NCBI GenBank assembly: GCA_031459385.1
Contig: JAVKIP010000034.1
Coordinates: 1-18,815, forward strand
Reading direction: 5' to 3'
DNA length: 18,815 nucleotides
Source of the DNA: Candidatus Fervidifonticultor secundus
GTDB lineage: Bacteria; Sysuimicrobiota; Sysuimicrobiia; Sysuimicrobiales; Humicultoraceae
A program made the position numbers and the translations under genes. The notes under the pieces were generated by a model. That model worked only from the letters and a program-made list of their open reading frames with translations, was not told where the DNA came from and made no database searches. Below, one piece after another: positions 1 through 7,993 of the stretch; within the stretch, counting starts at the first letter, position 1; every line of letters begins with the position of its first letter.

Positions 1-443
1 TCGCCGATCACCAGGGCGCCGCCCCCACCGAACAGGATGCGTCCGGGCTCCTGGTAGTCGGCGCCGAAGTTGACGAAGGCGCCGATGGTGCGCGGCGCGC
101 CCACGATGGCGGCGATGCGCTCCTCGTTGAAGCCGTTCTGCATCGAGACGATGGCGCCGTCGGGCGCCAGGTGCGGGGCGACCTGCGCGGTCGCCGCCTC
201 GGTGTGCATCGTCTTCACCGCCAGGAAGACCATGCGCAGCGGGCCGCGCACCTCGGCCGGGCCGAGCGCCGGAGCCCGTACGGTGAACGTCTCCTGCTGG
301 CCCTCGATGGTCAGGCCGCGGGCGTTGATGGCCGCCACGTGGTCGGCCGCGGCGTCCACGAAGGTGATGGCATGACCCGCCCGCGCCAGGTGCGCGCCGA
401 GCACCCCGCCGATGGCGCCTGCGCCGACGATCGTGATCTCCAT
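1..443 (-). CDS. Ketopantoate reductase (PanE/ApbA) family NAD(P)-dependent 2-oxoacid reductase; N-terminal part, runs off the window edge
   Basis: Not in the ORF track. Manual translation from ATG at 443 gives MEITIVGAGAIGGVLGAHLARAGHAITFVD...VFLAVKTMHT...IVSMQNGFNEE, with the Rossmann GxGxxG, the AVK motif and the QNG motif typical of ApbA/PanE. Starts 5 nt after the capA-like stop. Confidence 0.9.
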   Translation of the reverse strand, partial: MEITIVGAGAIGGVLGAHLARAGHAITFVDAAADHVAAINARGLTIEGQQETFTVRAPALGPAEVRGPLRMVFLAVKTMHTEAATAQVAPHLAPDGAIVSMQNGFNEERIAAIVGAPRTIGAFVNFGADYQEPGRILFGGGGALVIG

Positions 444-448
444 GGGGG

Positions 449-1585
449 TCACCTCGCCACGCCGGCGGGGTGCAGGGCGATCTGCCCGCGGTCGCCGGCG
501 GATGTGATCGTGACGCCGTAGGGCGTCGACTGCTCGGCCAGGCTGGTCAGGATGCGCGCCGCGTCCGTGCCGGTCGCCAGCTCGGGGTCGCCGTCGGCGT
601 TCATCACGACCGGCACGAGCTCCACGCCGTGCACCCCGCCGGCGTCGCAGCGCACCAGCGCGATCACCGAGTCGAGGTTGACGGGCGAGCGCAGGCTCTT
701 CCACGAGTAGGGCGGGTCGGGCCGCCGCAGCGTCGGGAACCGCCCCGGCGTCACGGAGTGGAAGAGGAAGTTCCCCAGGCTGTAGAAGACCGGCCGGCCG
801 TTGATGACGTCGATGCCGTGCAGGACGTGGGGGTGGTGGCCCACGACGACGTCGGCCCCGGCGTCGATGAGCGCCTCGGCCAGCGGCCGCTGGTAGCCGG
901 CCACCGGGTTCTGGAACGCGGCCACGAACCCGTGCGGCACGCCCCAGTGCACCCCGACCACCACCACATCGGCCTGCCGTTTGGCCTGCGCCACCGCTTC
1001 CGCCGCCACCTCGACGTCGCCGGGCCAGCAGCGCGTCTCGACGTAGGGCGCCTTGCCCGGCGTTTCGTCCAGCCCCGCGTTGTCCACGACGTACAGCGTC
1101 GTGACGTGCACCGGCGCGATGCCGGGCCGGTCGGGCGCCGCGGCGCTGCCCACGGGCAGGGTCGAGGCCAGGCCGAGGAACGCCACGCGCGCGCCCCGGG
1201 CCGTCAGCACCGCCGGTGCCAGGGCCTCGGCCAGCGTGCGCCCGGCCCCGACCGCCGGCAGGCCGGTCTGCCGCAGTGTCTCCAGCGTGTCGAACAGCCC
1301 GTCGGGCCCGTAGTCGAGCATGTGGTTGTTGGCCAGCGTCACGACATCGATGCCCGCGGCGCGCAGGTCGCCGGCCAGCCGGGGGTCGGCGCGGAAGGCC
1401 ACGTGCTTGTCGGCCGGCGCGCCGCGCGAGGTGAGCGGCACCTCCAGGTTGACGAAGACCAGGTCGGCCTGGTGGAAGACCTCCCAGACCGCCGCGCTGC
1501 CCGGCGACCGGCCGCCGCCGGCCGGCGTGATGGGGCGTTCGAGCATCAGGTCGCCCGCCAGGGCGACGGTGAGCGGCTGACTCAT
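449..1585 (-). CDS. CapA/PgsA family metallophosphatase-fold protein (no signal peptide, predicted cytoplasmic)
   Basis: Motifs LAGDLM, VNLE, LANNHMLDYG, VHWG, GHHPHV and YSLGNF are the hallmark CapA (PGA_cap) motifs. Confidence 0.92.
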   Translation of the reverse strand: MSQPLTVALAGDLMLERPITPAGGGRSPGSAAVWEVFHQADLVFVNLEVPLTSRGAPADKHVAFRADPRLAGDLRAAGIDVVTLANNHMLDYGPDGLFDTLETLRQTGLPAVGAGRTLAEALAPAVLTARGARVAFLGLASTLPVGSAAAPDRPGIAPVHVTTLYVVDNAGLDETPGKAPYVETRCWPGDVEVAAEAVAQAKRQADVVVVGVHWGVPHGFVAAFQNPVAGYQRPLAEALIDAGADVVVGHHPHVLHGIDVINGRPVFYSLGNFLFHSVTPGRFPTLRRPDPPYSWKSLRSPVNLDSVIALVRCDAGGVHGVELVPVVMNADGDPELATGTDAARILTSLAEQSTPYGVTITSAGDRGQIALHPAGVAR

Positions 1586-1631
1586 GGCGCACCTCGCAGC
1601 GTGGTCTCAGTGCTCTGCGCGCACCGTCGAC

Positions 1632-2531
1632 TCATCGCTCAGCCAGTGTCGGGTCGATGGCGTCGCGCAACCCGTCGCCGAACCAGTTGTAGCACAGCAC
1701 CGTGAGGAAGATCATCAGGCCCGGGAACACTGCCAGGCCCGGCACCGTCCGCAGGTAGGCCCGCGCGCCGGAGAGCATGTTGCCCCACGACGGCGCCGGC
1801 GGCTGCACGCCCAGGCCCAGGAACGACAGCGACGTCTCCAGCAGCACCGCGTAGGCCACGCCCAGCGTGGCGGCCACCGTGATCGAGGGGATGGACTGGG
1901 GCACCACGTGTCGGGCCAGGATGCGCCACCCGCTGCATCCCAGCGCGCGGGCCGCCAGCACGAACTCCAGGGTGCGCGTGCGCAGCACCTCGGCCCGCAC
2001 GACCCGCGCCACGGTCATCCACGAGGTGAGCGCGATCACCGCCACCAGGTTCACCAGGGTCGCTCCCAGCATCGCCAGGGCCATGAGCGCCACGAAGAAG
2101 AGCGGGACCGCCAGCATTCCGTCCGTCACCCGCATCAGGAGCACGTCGGCGATCCCGCCCAGGTACCCGGCCAGCGCGCCGATCGCCACGCCAATGCCCA
2201 TCGACGCCAGCACAGACGCCAACCCCACGGCCAGCGAGACCCGGCCGCCGTAGAGCAGCCGCGTCAGGACGTCGCGGCCGTACTCGTCGGTCCCCAGCCA
2301 GTACGGGCGGCCGGGCGGCCGCAGCCGGTCGCCGAGCGCGATGGCCTCGGGGTCGGCCGGTGCGAGCCAGGGCGCCGCGGCCACCGCAGCGTGGATCAGT
2401 ACCAGCACCCCCAGGGCCGCCACGGCCAGGCGGTTGCGCCGGAACCGGGCGACGATCCGGCCGCCCGGCGTGCGGGTCCGCGGCAGCGCCGGGCGGCTAC
2501 TCGTACCTGATGCGCGGATCGAGGTAGACAT
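1632..2531 (-). CDS. Peptide/nickel/opine ABC transporter permease, DppC/OppC type (start codon uncertain)
   Basis: RFRRNRLAV N-terminus, WLGTDEYGRDVLTRLLYGGRVSL, EAA-like loop EFVLAARALG, ETSLSFLGLG...PSWGNML, GDGLRDAIDP. Confidence 0.93.
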   Translation of the reverse strand: MSTSIRASGTSSRPALPRTRTPGGRIVARFRRNRLAVAALGVLVLIHAAVAAAPWLAPADPEAIALGDRLRPPGRPYWLGTDEYGRDVLTRLLYGGRVSLAVGLASVLASMGIGVAIGALAGYLGGIADVLLMRVTDGMLAVPLFFVALMALAMLGATLVNLVAVIALTSWMTVARVVRAEVLRTRTLEFVLAARALGCSGWRILARHVVPQSIPSITVAATLGVAYAVLLETSLSFLGLGVQPPAPSWGNMLSGARAYLRTVPGLAVFPGLMIFLTVLCYNWFGDGLRDAIDPTLAER

Positions 2532-3444
2532 AGAGGAGGTCGACCAGCAGGGTGCTGGCCACCACCACCGCCGAGATCACCAGCGTGATGCCCATGATCA
2601 TGGGGTAGTCGCGCTCGAACGCCGCGCGCACCGCCAGGCTGCCCATGCCGGGCCAGGCAAAGACCGTCTCGGTGATGGCGGCCCCGCCCACCAGACGCGG
2701 CAGCTGCAGCCCGACCACCGTGACGACGGTGAGCAGGGCGTTGCGCAGCGCGTGGCGGTAGAGCACGCTGCGCTCGGGCAGCCCCTTCGAGCGCGCGGTG
2801 CGCACGTAGTCCTGGCGCAGCACCGCCATGGTGGCCGAGCGCGTGTACCGCGCGAACAGGGCCATGTTGGCCGTGCCCAGCACCACCGCCGGCAGGACCA
2901 GGTGGCGCAGGACGTCCAGCGCCGAGCGCTCGCCGCCCAGCGTGTGCATCCCGCCCGGCGGCAGCCAGCCCAGCACGATGGAGAACAGCACGATCAGCAT
3001 GAGCCCGTACCAGAACGTGGGCACCGAGATGCCGAAGAAGCACAGGGTGGTGACGGCGTGATCGATGGCCGAGTAGGGGCGGGCTGCGGAGATCACGCCT
3101 GCCGGAATGGCCACCACCAGCGAGAGCGCCAGGCTGGCCGCCGACAGCAGTAACGTGTTGGGCAGCATCTGGAGGATGATCTCCAGCACCGGCAGTCCGG
3201 CCTGGTAGGAGACGCCCAGGTTCCCGCGCAGCACCTGCGCCAGCCACCGCACGTACTGCACGTGCACCGGCTGGTCCAGGCCCAGCAGCGCCCGCATCCG
3301 GGCCAGCTCCTCGGCGCCCATGTTGCGGTCCAGCAGGATGGACGGCCCGCCCGGGGCCTGGGTGACCAGCGCGAAGACCACCACGCTGACCACCAAAAGC
3401 AGGATCACCGTCTGCACCAGCCGGCGCAGGAGGTAGCGGCTCAC
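2497..3444 (-). CDS. Peptide/nickel/opine ABC transporter permease, DppB/OppB type
   Basis: GTG start; YLLRRL, LGLDQP..VQY, DYVRTARSKGL, ETVFAWPGMG, RDYP, DLLYVYLDPRIRY. Confidence 0.95.
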   Translation of the reverse strand: MSRYLLRRLVQTVILLLVVSVVVFALVTQAPGGPSILLDRNMGAEELARMRALLGLDQPVHVQYVRWLAQVLRGNLGVSYQAGLPVLEIILQMLPNTLLLSAASLALSLVVAIPAGVISAARPYSAIDHAVTTLCFFGISVPTFWYGLMLIVLFSIVLGWLPPGGMHTLGGERSALDVLRHLVLPAVVLGTANMALFARYTRSATMAVLRQDYVRTARSKGLPERSVLYRHALRNALLTVVTVVGLQLPRLVGGAAITETVFAWPGMGSLAVRAAFERDYPMIMGITLVISAVVVASTLLVDLLYVYLDPRIRYE

Positions 3445-3483
3445 CGTCGCGCGGAGGCTCTGGGCGCGTCACACCCGGCGCGC

Positions 3484-5079
3484 TCAGCGCCCGATGGCGA
3501 CGTTCGTCATGTGCGTCAGCGCGTCGCGGTAGCCCATCTTCACCCAGCCCTGCACCCGGCGGTTGATCGCCTGCAGCTCGTGCGGGTAGACCAGGTAGAT
3601 GACGGGCGCGTCCCAGGCCATGAGCTTCTGGGCCTGCTGGTAGATCCTGGCGCGCTCCTTGGGGTCGAAGGTCGCGCGGCCTGCCTCCAGGAGACGGTCC
3701 AGCTCAGCGTTGGCGTAGCCGAACTCGTTGAGGGTCCCCTGGCTGTGGTAGTAGGCCAAAATGTCGGCTTCCGGCGGCGTGATGTACCACAGCGTCCAGG
3801 TCTGGAGCGGGTTGGGGCGCGACCGGATGCGCGAGAGCAGCGCGTTGAACTCGCTCACGCGCACCTCGGCGTCCACGCCGACATCGCGCCAGTACTGACG
3901 CGTCACCACCGCGGTCTGCTCGCGCACCGGGTTGCCGCGGTCTACGTCGATGGTGATCTTCAGCGGCTGTCCGCCCTTGCGCCGGATGCCGTCCGGGCCC
4001 CTGGCCCAGCCGGCCTCCTCCAGCAGGCGGTTGGCCAGGTCGGGGTTGTAGGGGAACTGGTGGACCTTGTCGGTGTACGCCCAGGCGATCAGCGGGTTGA
4101 TCGGCCCGGTGGCCAGCCGGCCCTTGCCCTGGTAGATCTTGTCGAGGATGGCCTTGCGGTCCACCGCGTGGGTGAGCGCCTGGCGCACTTTGCGGTCGTC
4201 GAAGGGCTCCAACTTGTGGTTGAAGGCCACGAAGGTGTAGTTGACCTGCGGCGCGTCGATCACCTGGACGTTGGGCATGCGCTGGACCAGGCTCAGCTGG
4301 TGGGGCTCGATGATCATCAGGTCGAGCTGCCCGGTCTGGAGCTGCGCCAGCTGCTGTTCGAGATCGGCGACCACGCGGAAGACGATGGCGTCCAGCCGCG
4401 GACGGCCGCCGAAGTAGCGGTCGTAGGCCACCAGGCGCACGTGCGAGCCCAGCACGCTCTCGGCGAACCGGAACGGCCCGGTGCCGATGGGGTTGCGCAG
4501 GAACTCCACCGGGTTGCGGAGCTGGTCGACGGTATAGCGGCCGAGGATGTGCTCGGGCAGGATGTTGGCCAGGTAGCCCAGCATGACCGGCAGCGTGGCG
4601 AACGGCACCCGCGTCACGATGCGCACCGTGTAGTCGTCGACGATATCCACGCGGCTGATCTCGCTCACGTTCCCCCGCTGGAAGAACGGCACCTGGGGGT
4701 TCAGCCACAGCCGCTCGATGGTGAACTTCACGTCGCGGGCCGTGAAGGGCTGGCCGTCGTGCCAGGTGGCGTTCCGCCGTAGCGCAAACGTCCAGGTGAG
4801 ACGGTCGTCGCCCAGCGTCCAGCGCTCGGCCAGGTCGCCCACGGGCTGCCAGTTGTTGGGATCGTACTTGACCAGCGTGCTGTAGAGCACCTTATTGACC
4901 AGGATGTTGGGCAGGCCGCCCACGATGGGCCACATCCGGGCGTTGTCGATGATGGGCAGCGTGAAGGTCCCGCCGCGGGCCTGCGCAGCCACGGGCTGCG
5001 AGACCCCGGCTGCGGCCAGCAGGACAGCTGCGACCGCGAGGGTCGCCGCCCGGAGCGCCGTACTAACCGCCTGGTGCAT
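3484..5079 (-). CDS. ABC transporter substrate-binding protein, family 5 (DppA/OppA type), 531 aa
   Basis: Real start is ATG 5079 (MHQAVSTALRAA...) after a strong RBS GGAGGTGAGGAGC. Sec-type signal peptide ending VAA|Q with no lipobox. Family-5 motifs LAERW, WHDGQPFTARDVKFT, PIGTGPF, VRQALTHAVDR, LLEEAGW. The upstream extension in the ORF track is spurious. Confidence 0.95.
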   Translation of the reverse strand: MHQAVSTALRAATLAVAAVLLAAAGVSQPVAAQARGGTFTLPIIDNARMWPIVGGLPNILVNKVLYSTLVKYDPNNWQPVGDLAERWTLGDDRLTWTFALRRNATWHDGQPFTARDVKFTIERLWLNPQVPFFQRGNVSEISRVDIVDDYTVRIVTRVPFATLPVMLGYLANILPEHILGRYTVDQLRNPVEFLRNPIGTGPFRFAESVLGSHVRLVAYDRYFGGRPRLDAIVFRVVADLEQQLAQLQTGQLDLMIIEPHQLSLVQRMPNVQVIDAPQVNYTFVAFNHKLEPFDDRKVRQALTHAVDRKAILDKIYQGKGRLATGPINPLIAWAYTDKVHQFPYNPDLANRLLEEAGWARGPDGIRRKGGQPLKITIDVDRGNPVREQTAVVTRQYWRDVGVDAEVRVSEFNALLSRIRSRPNPLQTWTLWYITPPEADILAYYHSQGTLNEFGYANAELDRLLEAGRATFDPKERARIYQQAQKLMAWDAPVIYLVYPHELQAINRRVQGWVKMGYRDALTHMTNVAIGR

Positions 5080-5084
5080 GCTCC

Positions 5085-6932
5085 TCACCTCCGACGGAAT
5101 CGGTTCGTGTCGGCCACCGCGTCCAGCGCCGCCGCGGCGGTCTGCAGGGTATGGGCCACCTGGTTGCGCCGCCGCACGAGCCGCGTGGCCAGCACGCGCG
5201 CCTCGTGGGAAGTCGGGTCCATCTGCGCCAGGTCCCGCGCGTCGGCCAGCGCCGGCAGCGGCCGCTGCGGGACGGCGGGATCGTGGTCGAACGGGTTGCC
5301 GCCCACGTAGCCCACCTGCACCAGCGCCCGGATCGCCGCCCGCCGGGCGCGCGCCAGCGCCTCCACGCGGCGGGGCGGTGCGCCGCCGGGCTGCGCTGCC
5401 GCGGCGACGGCCCGGTCGAACCGGCGCGCCTGGGCGGCGAGCCGGTCCAGCGCGGCGGCCACCGGGCTCAGGTCGAACCGCTCGCCGACATCGTGCTGCA
5501 AGCCGGCGACGACCTGCCGCAGTTCCAGGACCGCGGGCGCCACCTGCTGCGGCGGCAGGGGCTCGGCCGCGAACCGGTAGGCGGCCGCCAAGTAGATCTG
5601 CGCGTCCAGCCGCAGGATCTGCGGGTCGACCTTGTCCAGCGTGTCCGCCTCGGTGTGCCACCACCAGCCCAGGCCCGAGCCGCCCACGTGCCAGCGCTGG
5701 CCCGGTGGCCGCACCGACAGCCCCATGAACAGCGACGGGACGCCCGCACCCCAGAACGACTGGTCGCCGGCGCGCACCGGCCGCTCCCAGCCCACGGTCT
5801 GCCCGGTGCGCTCGCGGATCAGCGCGACCCCAAACGCCGCCACGTCGGCCGTGGCCGTGATGGGGTCGTAGCTCGTCGCGCCGACGACGCCCGGCGAGTC
5901 GCAGTTGATGTGCAGGATACAGTGCTCGGCCAGCTCGGCCCAGAACCGGTCGGCGTACCAGGTGGACCCCGCGTAGCGCCCGGTGGAGTGCCCGGGCCAG
6001 AAGGCGCAGCGCACGCCCCGGTGCAGCCGGGCCCGCGCGCCGTGCAGGAGGCGCGCGACCTCCATGGTGACCGCGTTGCCCGTGGCGTTGTCGGTGGCGC
6101 CCAGGTGCCAGGAGTCCACGTGCCCGGAGAAGAGCACGAACTCCTCCGTGCGCCCGGGGACGTACGCCACCGGCAGCGTCACGCGCCGCCAGCCGCTCTC
6201 CACCCGGCTGTGCAGCCGCAGCCGCACCGGGCCGCGGGCGAGCGCGGCGCGCAGCGCCTCGCCGCTTCCCTTCGTGATGCCCAGGATGGGGATGCGGGGG
6301 AACGCCTGGACGGTCTCGGGCGTCGGCGCGCCCCAGACCGGCGAGACGATCCCCTCGTGGATGGCCTCCTCGTCGCTGGGCCACATGTGCAGGTAGGCCA
6401 CCGCGCCGCGCTCCTGGGCCGCCTGCATGTTGCGCCGGCTGCCGGCCTCGGACAGCACGATCTTGCCGGCCACGAGGTCGGCGTCGAGCCGCCGGTGGGT
6501 TTCGGTGTCGCGAAACAGGTCGACCCCGCCGGGGACAGAGACGACCTCGGCGGTAATCCCCTCGGGCGGGGTGACACCCGAGAACGACCGGGTCTTCGCC
6601 GGGATCTGCGCCGGGAGGCCGTCGCCTGCCAGCACCTCGATGCGACCCTCGCGCGGGTAGCTCAGGTAGGCGTCGAACTCGTGGACGTCAACGCGGATCC
6701 CGTCGGCCCGCAGCCGCTGCGCGATGTAGTCCATGGCGCGGCGCTCGCCCGCGGTCCCCGAGGTGCGGTCGAAGCCGCAGAGGAACTCCAGGTCGCGCCA
6801 CATGCGGTCGAGCGAGACCTGCGCCACGATGTCGCCGGGCCCGGCGGCGCTGGCGCGGGCCCTCGGCGCCGCGGGTCGGCGCGTGGCGCCGACCTGGCGC
6901 CGCCCCGTCACCGCGCGGGCGCCGGTCCTCAC
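5085..6932 (-). CDS. M28 family metallo-peptidase/hydrolase with PA domain and atypical active-site loop
   Basis: RTSGTAGERRAMDYI, PA-domain region (GKIVL...GAVA...PRIPILGIT), SGHVDSW...ATDNATG, INCDSPG, WWHTEADTLDKVD. Start placed at GTG 6932 (GTGA overlap with the racemase stop); GTG 6911 or a later start is possible. Confidence 0.85.
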   Translation of the reverse strand: MRTGARAVTGRRQVGATRRPAAPRARASAAGPGDIVAQVSLDRMWRDLEFLCGFDRTSGTAGERRAMDYIAQRLRADGIRVDVHEFDAYLSYPREGRIEVLAGDGLPAQIPAKTRSFSGVTPPEGITAEVVSVPGGVDLFRDTETHRRLDADLVAGKIVLSEAGSRRNMQAAQERGAVAYLHMWPSDEEAIHEGIVSPVWGAPTPETVQAFPRIPILGITKGSGEALRAALARGPVRLRLHSRVESGWRRVTLPVAYVPGRTEEFVLFSGHVDSWHLGATDNATGNAVTMEVARLLHGARARLHRGVRCAFWPGHSTGRYAGSTWYADRFWAELAEHCILHINCDSPGVVGATSYDPITATADVAAFGVALIRERTGQTVGWERPVRAGDQSFWGAGVPSLFMGLSVRPPGQRWHVGGSGLGWWWHTEADTLDKVDPQILRLDAQIYLAAAYRFAAEPLPPQQVAPAVLELRQVVAGLQHDVGERFDLSPVAAALDRLAAQARRFDRAVAAAAQPGGAPPRRVEALARARRAAIRALVQVGYVGGNPFDHDPAVPQRPLPALADARDLAQMDPTSHEARVLATRLVRRRNQVAHTLQTAAAALDAVADTNRFRRR

Positions 6933-7657
6933 GCGCCGCCCCCCGTCTGCGGGGCGACCGCGGCGCGTTGCAGGGCGGTGGGGGTGGGGTAGGCGACCTT
7001 CGAGTGCGCCAGGCGGCTGCCGACCAGGAACTCGGCCATGCGCACCGAGACCCGCAGCACGTTGACCACCGGCACGGGCAGCACCGCAGCCAGGTCGTCG
7101 CCGAAGCGGTGGCTGAGGCTGGCGCACGCCAGCACCAGCGCGTCGGCACCGTCCTCGGCGATGCAGCGGCGGGCGACGCCCACGATCTTGTCGAGCGTCT
7201 CGCGCCGGCCGGCCCGCAGCTCCATCACCCCGCAGCCCACCGAGCGGACCGAGGCGCACTTCTCGGCCAGGCCGCAGTGGCGGACGAGCGCGCGCGTGGG
7301 GCGCACCGTGCTCTCCAGCGGCGAGAGCACAGAGAACCGGTCGCCCAGCATGGCGGCGGCGTGGAGGCCCGCCTGCCCCGGCCCAACGACCGGAATGCGC
7401 ACCAGCTCCCGCGCCGCTTCCACGCCCGGGTCCCCGGCGCAGCCCGTGATGACGGCGTCGTAGCCCCGGCGCTCGGCCTCCACGCACATCTCGACCGTCC
7501 ACGGCGCCAGCAGCGCCTCGTCGTAGAGCGACTCGATGACCTCGGGCCGCGGCCACGACGGCGCCAAGTCGCCAAGCGTCTCGACGGCGACCCCGGGGCT
7601 CGCGGTGTCCTGCAGGTAGCGGCGGCGCTCCTCGCCGCCCAGGTAGCACAGGCGCAT
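6929..7657 (-). CDS. Asp/Glu/hydantoin racemase family protein (hydantoin/allantoin racemase-like)
   Basis: IESLYDEAL, catalytic Cys pair in ITGCAGDPGVEAARE and LVLACASL, VPVV. RBS AGGAGGGAG upstream of ATG 7657. Confidence 0.9.
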   Translation of the reverse strand: MRLCYLGGEERRRYLQDTASPGVAVETLGDLAPSWPRPEVIESLYDEALLAPWTVEMCVEAERRGYDAVITGCAGDPGVEAARELVRIPVVGPGQAGLHAAAMLGDRFSVLSPLESTVRPTRALVRHCGLAEKCASVRSVGCGVMELRAGRRETLDKIVGVARRCIAEDGADALVLACASLSHRFGDDLAAVLPVPVVNVLRVSVRMAEFLVGSRLAHSKVAYPTPTALQRAAVAPQTGGGA

Positions 7658-7848
7658 CGATCTCCCTCCTAGGGAATATCATGACAGTTCGTCCATGCAG
7701 ACGCGGCTCCCTGCGCTGCCGGACCCGTGGGCAGTCTCGCGCAACAGCGACGCCCCCACCGCATCCCGCCATGCGGGACGACAGGTCGGCGGGAGCCGGA
7801 CCCACTGCCTGTCGGGCGAGCTCCGCCGTGGCCTGGCCCGGCCCGGCC

Positions 7849-7879
7849 AAACGTGTATACTGTAAAAATGTATGCAGTT
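7849..7879. promoter_or_regulatory. Candidate operator / divergent promoter core (TGTATAC-N9-GTATGCA imperfect inverted repeat)
   Basis: AT-rich island AAACGTGTATACTGTAAAAATGTATGCAGTT in otherwise very GC-rich DNA between the divergent operons. Two GTAT(A/G)C cores resemble GntR/FadR-type boxes. Confidence 0.55.
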
Positions 7880-7993
7880 CGCCGTGCCACCCGCAGCGCG
7901 CCCACTCTGTGCAGGGGGCCCGTGCGCGTCGCGGGCCGGGGCCGCGGGAGCACCGCTGTGCGCGGCGCTGCCCCTGTGCGACGGAGCGCCGTG

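Noticed and set aside
470..6992. Long plus-strand ORFs (470-1705, 1584-2510, 3262-4782, 5151-6992)
   Set aside because: They are antisense shadows of well-supported minus-strand genes. High GC depletes stop codons, and the translations are Arg/Gly/His-rich with no family motifs.
5080..7850. Apparent 966-aa and 921-aa giant or fusion proteins in the ORF track
   Set aside because: The N-terminal extensions overlap other real genes in different frames and are low-complexity. RBS-supported or coupled starts lie at 5079 and about 6932.
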